Of a stretch of 64,000 nucleotides of DNA, positions 59,339 through 64,000 are shown piece by piece (position 1 is the first letter of the stretch; every line of letters begins with the position of its first letter). Source of the DNA: Patescibacteria group bacterium (GTDB lineage Bacteria; Patescibacteriota; Saccharimonadia; Saccharimonadales; JANWIN01); the NCBI GenBank assembly GCA_035480855.1, contig DATIHJ010000008.1, positions 17,308 to 81,307 of the forward strand, given 5' to 3'. The notes under the pieces are model-generated. The model was not told the DNA's origin. It did not search any database and saw only the letters and a list, made by a program, of their open reading frames with translations. The translations under genes were made by a program, and so were the position numbers.

Positions 59339-62300
59339 ATGACGACTGCAACAACCTACCGAACCCTACGCAAGACCACCTTATATCTCTTGATTGCTGC
59401 TCTACTTGCCGTAGCCGTTGGCCTATCAGCTCGTACACTAAGCAGACTTGGTAAGGCATCAGCTGCCACTGTAACTGGTAAAGTTTGTGGTAACGCCTCA
59501 ACCGGCAATGCAATCGATACAGTCATAGTTATATCTGAAGAAAATCGGACCTGGGGTGATGTTGGAGGAGCCGGTTTTGGTGATCCAACCATGCCATATA
59601 CCCACAGCGTCGCTGCTCAATGTGGTGTCTTCGCAAATGATACAGAAATCAATACATCTGAGAACTCCCTAACCCAGTATATCGGTGCCTGGGCCGGTGT
59701 TAATGATCCTAATGGTATTAGTAGTGACTGTCAGCCTCCGTCTACTACTTGCAGCTATAGTGGCAATAACATCCAACGCGTCTTTAGAAACGCTGGAATC
59801 CCCAGCAAATCATATGTCGAGGGGGCTACCACTGGTTGTTCGGCTTCCGGCAATGCAGCAAAACACATCCCTGATATGTATATGTGGGATCCGGTTGACA
59901 AGGCGGCTTGTGTAAATGAAGTCCGACCCCTAACCGAGTTCAACTTTTCTAGTCCTCCAACAGGTTTTAGTTTTATCACGCCAACTCTTTGTAATGACGG
60001 TCACGACTGCGCCAACAGTACAGTAGATACCTGGCTGTCTACTCGCATGCAATCTATCTTTGATTCACCGGCCTACAAAGCCGGAAAAGTATTTGTTCAA
60101 GTTTGGTACGACGAAGACAACCCCAAACCTAACTTGTTTGCCTGTTGGTCTTGTGGGCAGTTCAATAATACAACTACGAATCCGCATTACTCAGGGGAAA
60201 GTCTATTATGGCTAAATCTATTAGGCGCACCAACCACAAACTTGGGAGGAATTTCTTCCGGCACTGACATTCGCCCAATTGTATTCAATTCAACACCGCC
60301 ACCGCCCCCACCGTCTGATAATCCGCCGGCCGTCAATATAACAGCACCAGCTAACGGCGCAACCCTAACATCTAGTCCAGTTACCATTAGTGCCAATGCC
60401 ACCGATGATATAGGCGTTACGAAAGTTGAATTTTACGATGGTTCAACCCTACTTAATACTGATACCACATCTCCGTATACATTTAGCTGGAATTCTAGCA
60501 CCCTTTCGGGAAGTCAAACTCTAACTGCCAAAGCCTACGATACGGGCGGACATGTTACTACATCGAGTCCAGTTTCTGTAACTATCAATAATGGTACGAC
60601 CTGTCAAAACACCCCTAACAATGCACTTGGAACGGCGACAATAGTTATTAGTACGCCAGCCCAAGGTACATACCATATATGGAGCAGGATTTCAGCGGCG
60701 GATGCGACCAATAATTCTTACTTTCTTCAGATAGATGCAACTTGTCCGATTATTGTTGGCGGCAATGCTGCTCTAGTTCCAAATGCCTTGACCTGGGTGG
60801 ATTATCAAGATGGTAATACTGGTTCTCATACAACTGCTGTTCTTTCGGCTGGCAACCATACCTTCACTATGGTTGGTAGGGGAGTCGGCGTCGGACTAGA
60901 TAGAGTATTGCTTATATCTGACACTTGCCAACCAACGGGTACCGGTGAAAATTGTGCCGATTCCACTGCGCCAACAGTCAATGTGACTGCTCCCACAGCT
61001 GGACAAACAGTCAGCGGTAGCAGCGTTCCAATTACAGCCTCGGCAACAGATAATTCTGGAGGTAGTGGTATTGCTAAGGTTGTCTTCTTAGTCGATGGTA
61101 ATGTAGTCAACTCATCTACCACCAGCCCCTACCAGATAAACTGGGATAGCAAAACTGTTCCTGATGGTACTCACGCAATTCAAGCAGTTGCCACAGATGT
61201 AGCCGGCAATTCTACTACCTCAGCTAGCGTTAGTATTACGGTTAAGAATGCTGACACTACACCGCCATCTGCACCCGCTAATCTAACCTCTACTAAGAAT
61301 GTCTACAATGAAGTAGATCTATCTTGGAGCGCTAGCACCGATAACGTTGGTGTGACTGGTTACCGTGTACTTAGGAACAATGTTGTAATTGCAACTGTTT
61401 CAGCTACATCAGCCACTACCTATAACGATACTTTGGTATCAGCTAATACAGCCTACAGCTACAGCATTGTGGCTATAGATGCAGCCAATAACTCAAGCCA
61501 ACCAAGTAATACACTGAATCTTACGACGCCTCAAGCGCCAGATACACAACCACCAACTGCTCCAGTGAATCTTACGGCTACCGCCAGCTCTGCAACCAAT
61601 GTAAATCTGTCGTGGAGCGCTAGCACCGATAACGTTGGTGTGACTGGTTACCGTGTACTTAGGAATAACGTCGTCATTGCAACTGTTACCCAGACTGGTT
61701 ACGCTGATGGCTCTGTCTTACCAAGCACTAACTACACTTATACAGTTGTTGCGTTTGACGCCGTTGGTAATGCCAGCCCATCAAGTAATTCAGTCTCTGT
61801 TACTACTCCAGCATTACCTGACACGACGCCACCATCTGCTCCGTCTAATTTAGCTGGTAGTGCTATAAGTGAGACTCAAGTTAATCTTACTTGGACTGCC
61901 AGTAGCGATAACGTTGGTGTAGGCGGATACAATGTGTTCCGAAATGGCTCAAAAATAGCCACTACAAATAGTACCGCTTTTGGTGATGCAACCGTCTCGG
62001 CGGGCCAGACCTACACTTATTATGTGATAGCCTTCGATGCAGCCAACAACCAAAGCGCGCAGAGCAATCAGATTAGCGTGATTACGCCGACTCCGCCACC
62101 ACCATCTCAACAAACGCTAACAATCTCACCGTCTGATGATGCTGGTCTACATAAGAGCCGTCCAGACAATAATTATGGGCTAGGCTCGACAATGACAGCA
62201 GATGCCAGCCCAGCAGAGAGTTTCATTATGAAGTTCAACGTAACTGGCATAGCTGGCAGAACGGTTAGCAGCGCAATGCTACAACTTTGGAATATTGATT

Positions 62301-62581
62301 CATCGAGCCATGGAGGTAACGTCAACCCAGTTTCAGATAATAACTGGAATGAGGCAACTGTCACCTGGAACAACGCACCAGCCGAAGGTACCAACACGCT
62401 CTATTCACTAGGTTCTGTCAGCAAAAACCATTACTACCTAGTTGATTTGTCCAATTACATTACAGCAGATGGCACCTATTCAATACGAGTCGATTCAACA
62501 GATACCAATAGCACAGCTTACTCGACAAGAAACGCACCGACTATATCGCACAGGCCAGTTCTAACCGTAACGGTACAATAA
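59339..62581 (+). CDS. Large surface protein: phosphoesterase-like domain, Ig-like and FnIII repeats, C-terminal DNRLRE/CBM-like domain
   Basis: VISEENR, FITPTLCNDGHD, WSASTDNVGVTGY repeats, WNEATVTWNNAP. Confidence 0.75.
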   Translation: MTTATTYRTLRKTTLYLLIAALLAVAVGLSARTLSRLGKASAATVTGKVCGNASTGNAIDTVIVISEENRTWGDVGGAGFGDPTMPYTHSVAAQCGVFANDTEINTSENSLTQYIGAWAGVNDPNGISSDCQPPSTTCSYSGNNIQRVFRNAGIPSKSYVEGATTGCSASGNAAKHIPDMYMWDPVDKAACVNEVRPLTEFNFSSPPTGFSFITPTLCNDGHDCANSTVDTWLSTRMQSIFDSPAYKAGKVFVQVWYDEDNPKPNLFACWSCGQFNNTTTNPHYSGESLLWLNLLGAPTTNLGGISSGTDIRPIVFNSTPPPPPPSDNPPAVNITAPANGATLTSSPVTISANATDDIGVTKVEFYDGSTLLNTDTTSPYTFSWNSSTLSGSQTLTAKAYDTGGHVTTSSPVSVTINNGTTCQNTPNNALGTATIVISTPAQGTYHIWSRISAADATNNSYFLQIDATCPIIVGGNAALVPNALTWVDYQDGNTGSHTTAVLSAGNHTFTMVGRGVGVGLDRVLLISDTCQPTGTGENCADSTAPTVNVTAPTAGQTVSGSSVPITASATDNSGGSGIAKVVFLVDGNVVNSSTTSPYQINWDSKTVPDGTHAIQAVATDVAGNSTTSASVSITVKNADTTPPSAPANLTSTKNVYNEVDLSWSASTDNVGVTGYRVLRNNVVIATVSATSATTYNDTLVSANTAYSYSIVAIDAANNSSQPSNTLNLTTPQAPDTQPPTAPVNLTATASSATNVNLSWSASTDNVGVTGYRVLRNNVVIATVTQTGYADGSVLPSTNYTYTVVAFDAVGNASPSSNSVSVTTPALPDTTPPSAPSNLAGSAISETQVNLTWTASSDNVGVGGYNVFRNGSKIATTNSTAFGDATVSAGQTYTYYVIAFDAANNQSAQSNQISVITPTPPPPSQQTLTISPSDDAGLHKSRPDNNYGLGSTMTADASPAESFIMKFNVTGIAGRTVSSAMLQLWNIDSSSHGGNVNPVSDNNWNEATVTWNNAPAEGTNTLYSLGSVSKNHYYLVDLSNYITADGTYSIRVDSTDTNSTAYSTRNAPTISHRPVLTVTVQ
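61325..61665 (+). repeat. 53-bp identical intragenic repeat (61325-61377 and 61613-61665)
   Basis: TGGAGCGCTAGCACCGATAACGTTGGTGTGACTGGTTACCGTGTACTTAGGAA in adjacent FnIII domains. Confidence 0.9.
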
Positions 62582-62589
62582 GGGGAAAC

Positions 62590-62985
62590 ATGAACAAGAA
62601 GAATATAACAAGACTAATTGTAGCCGTAGTCATCCTTGTTCTTGGAATAATGCTGATTAAAAACCTAACCCATAAAGATCCTAAACCGCCAGTAATAACA
62701 CCACCGCGTACAGCATCAGTAAACATTAGTGAGGATGGTCTTTTTGTACCTGACACGCTGAAAGTTAAGGTCGGCACGGTCGTAATCTGGACAAACGTAG
62801 ATTCTGGAAACTCTCATCGAGTTGCAGCCGATCCCTATCCAAGCCATTCCAGCTTGCCATCACTCGACTCTAAAACCAACATGGCTTTCAATGGTACATA
62901 CAGATACGCGTTTAATAAGGCTGGAACATACCACTACCACGATGAACTGCACCCAGAAGCAGCCGGCACTATTATAGTTCAATAG
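62590..62985 (+). CDS. Cupredoxin-fold protein
   Basis: FVPDTLKVKVGTVVIWTN, GTYHYHDELHP; no type-1 Cu Cys. Confidence 0.75.
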   Translation: MNKKNITRLIVAVVILVLGIMLIKNLTHKDPKPPVITPPRTASVNISEDGLFVPDTLKVKVGTVVIWTNVDSGNSHRVAADPYPSHSSLPSLDSKTNMAFNGTYRYAFNKAGTYHYHDELHPEAAGTIIVQ

Positions 62986-63015
62986 TACTTTCTTATAAGC
63001 CATTGAATTATCTAC

Positions 63016-63092
63016 TGGTCGGGGTGGCCGGACTTGAACCGGCGACCTCGTCGTCCCGAACGACGCGCGCTAGCCAACTGCGCCACACCCCG
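63016..63092 (-). tRNA. tRNA-Pro(CGG)
   Basis: CGGGGTGTGGCGCAGTTGG..TTCGGGA..GGTTCAAGTCC..CCA. Confidence 0.96.
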
Positions 63093-63247
63093 ACATCAAA
63101 AAATATACAAATAACTGGTCGAGACACACATATCTTACTTGAACTGTTTAAGTATATCACCGAGAACCCTGACCAGTCACAGAGGTTACTTGATAAGTTA
63201 CGGGTTACTAGACCGAAGCAACCCCAGTTAATTGAGGGATTGGTGTT

Positions 63248-63844
63248 TTAAGCACCAATGATATTAGCTACTTCATCTGCTAAAGAGTCAGGGGTTACCA
63301 TCCCATTGACTACAAAGTCAGCCAAGTTGCGTTGTGGCTCTACAAACCTACGATGACCGGGTATCAGACCGCCATTTATGTACTCGTCCGTATCCCAGGG
63401 ACTGTCTGGATTGGCTCTAGCTTTTCTGCGTCTAATAATTTCTTTCTCGGTTATATCAATATAAATAGTGGTGTCGTAAAGCGAACGAACAGCTTCATCG
63501 TGAAGTGCAAGAAACCCCGCCACCACAATAATGGGACGTGGCTCAATTACTCTTGAAGTAATTCCTGCCTCTGTACTTTCTCTAGAGTTAGCATCTATTG
63601 TTACTGTATTTCCAAGCTCTAATTCGCGAAGACCAGTAAAGAAGTCATCCCATCGGTAGAGACTTGGACTTTCCCAATCATCAACAACAACTCCTTGCAA
63701 AGCATTGACACCTACGAACATATCATCAAAAGGAAATACAGATAGTCTTTCACCAAGTCGGGCAGACAAGTTCTTTTCAAGTGATGTCTTGCCGCTACAA
63801 CTCCCTCCGGCTATTCCCACGATAGTCTCAGGTCTAATAGGCAT
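63248..63844 (-). CDS. Uridine kinase-like P-loop kinase
   Basis: VGIAGGSCSGKT, FVEPQRNLAD. Confidence 0.8.
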   Translation of the reverse strand: MPIRPETIVGIAGGSCSGKTSLEKNLSARLGERLSVFPFDDMFVGVNALQGVVVDDWESPSLYRWDDFFTGLRELELGNTVTIDANSRESTEAGITSRVIEPRPIIVVAGFLALHDEAVRSLYDTTIYIDITEKEIIRRRKARANPDSPWDTDEYINGGLIPGHRRFVEPQRNLADFVVNGMVTPDSLADEVANIIGA

Positions 63845-63853
63845 ACAGGTTAC

Positions 63854-64000
63854 CTAGAAACTTAGCCACTCTTCGTCCTGAACGGCTCCTCGGTTCTTAA
63901 TACGAATACCTGGTTCATCTGTTATCTGACCTATTTGTTGTGCCACTATACCTTGTGCTTGCGCCTCGGCTAACACCTTATTTGGTTCTGGTGTAGCAAT
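63854..64000 (-). CDS. C-terminal end of a CDS entering from the right, possibly PurM/AIR-synthase-like
   Basis: Open frame IATPEPNKVLAEAQAQGIVAQQIGQITDEPGIRIKNRGAVQDEEWLSF*. Confidence 0.45.
   Translation of the reverse strand: MATPEPNKVLAEAQAQGIVAQQIGQITDEPGIRIKNRGAVQDEEWLSF

Noticed and set aside
58184-63015. Integrated island or second cassette array at tRNA-Pro
   Set aside because: No duplicated tRNA-Pro 3' end or integrase found by eye.
63003-63251. 82-aa ORF
   Set aside because: Antisense overlap of tRNA-Pro; typical spurious ORF.

Overview
Bacterial chromosome segment. Gene content and order (compact type IV pilus cluster, short TsaB, rny-ymdB, murJ-lepA, many ORFans, -10 boxes just upstream of start codons) suggest a Patescibacteria/CPR organism, probably Saccharibacteria; this is inference. 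It carries purine genes (purE partial, purK, purC, purB, two archaeal-type purP homologs, guaA), a Phd/RelE toxin-antitoxin pair, tilS-ftsH-murJ-lepA, a CIRCE-controlled hrcA-grpE-dnaK-dnaJ operon with ORFans inserted, yebC-ruvCAB, a pil cluster, recA/recX, tsaE/tsaB/rny/ymdB, two ABC1-kinase + micro-membrane-protein modules, secreted glycan-active proteins, tRNA-Lys(UUU) and tRNA-Pro(CGG). The most striking feature is at ~26.8-30.4 kb: an array of single-gene cassettes downstream of tRNA-Lys. Five 33-bp repeats that start with the tRNA 3' end separate the genes. Three of the repeats, and the tRNA itself, have an inverted partner arm. Most cassettes have their own extended -10 box, three also have a terminator hairpin. 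It looks like an integron-like, tRNA-anchored gene-capture system, but no recombinase is encoded in the window. All family calls come from motif recognition; no database search was run.
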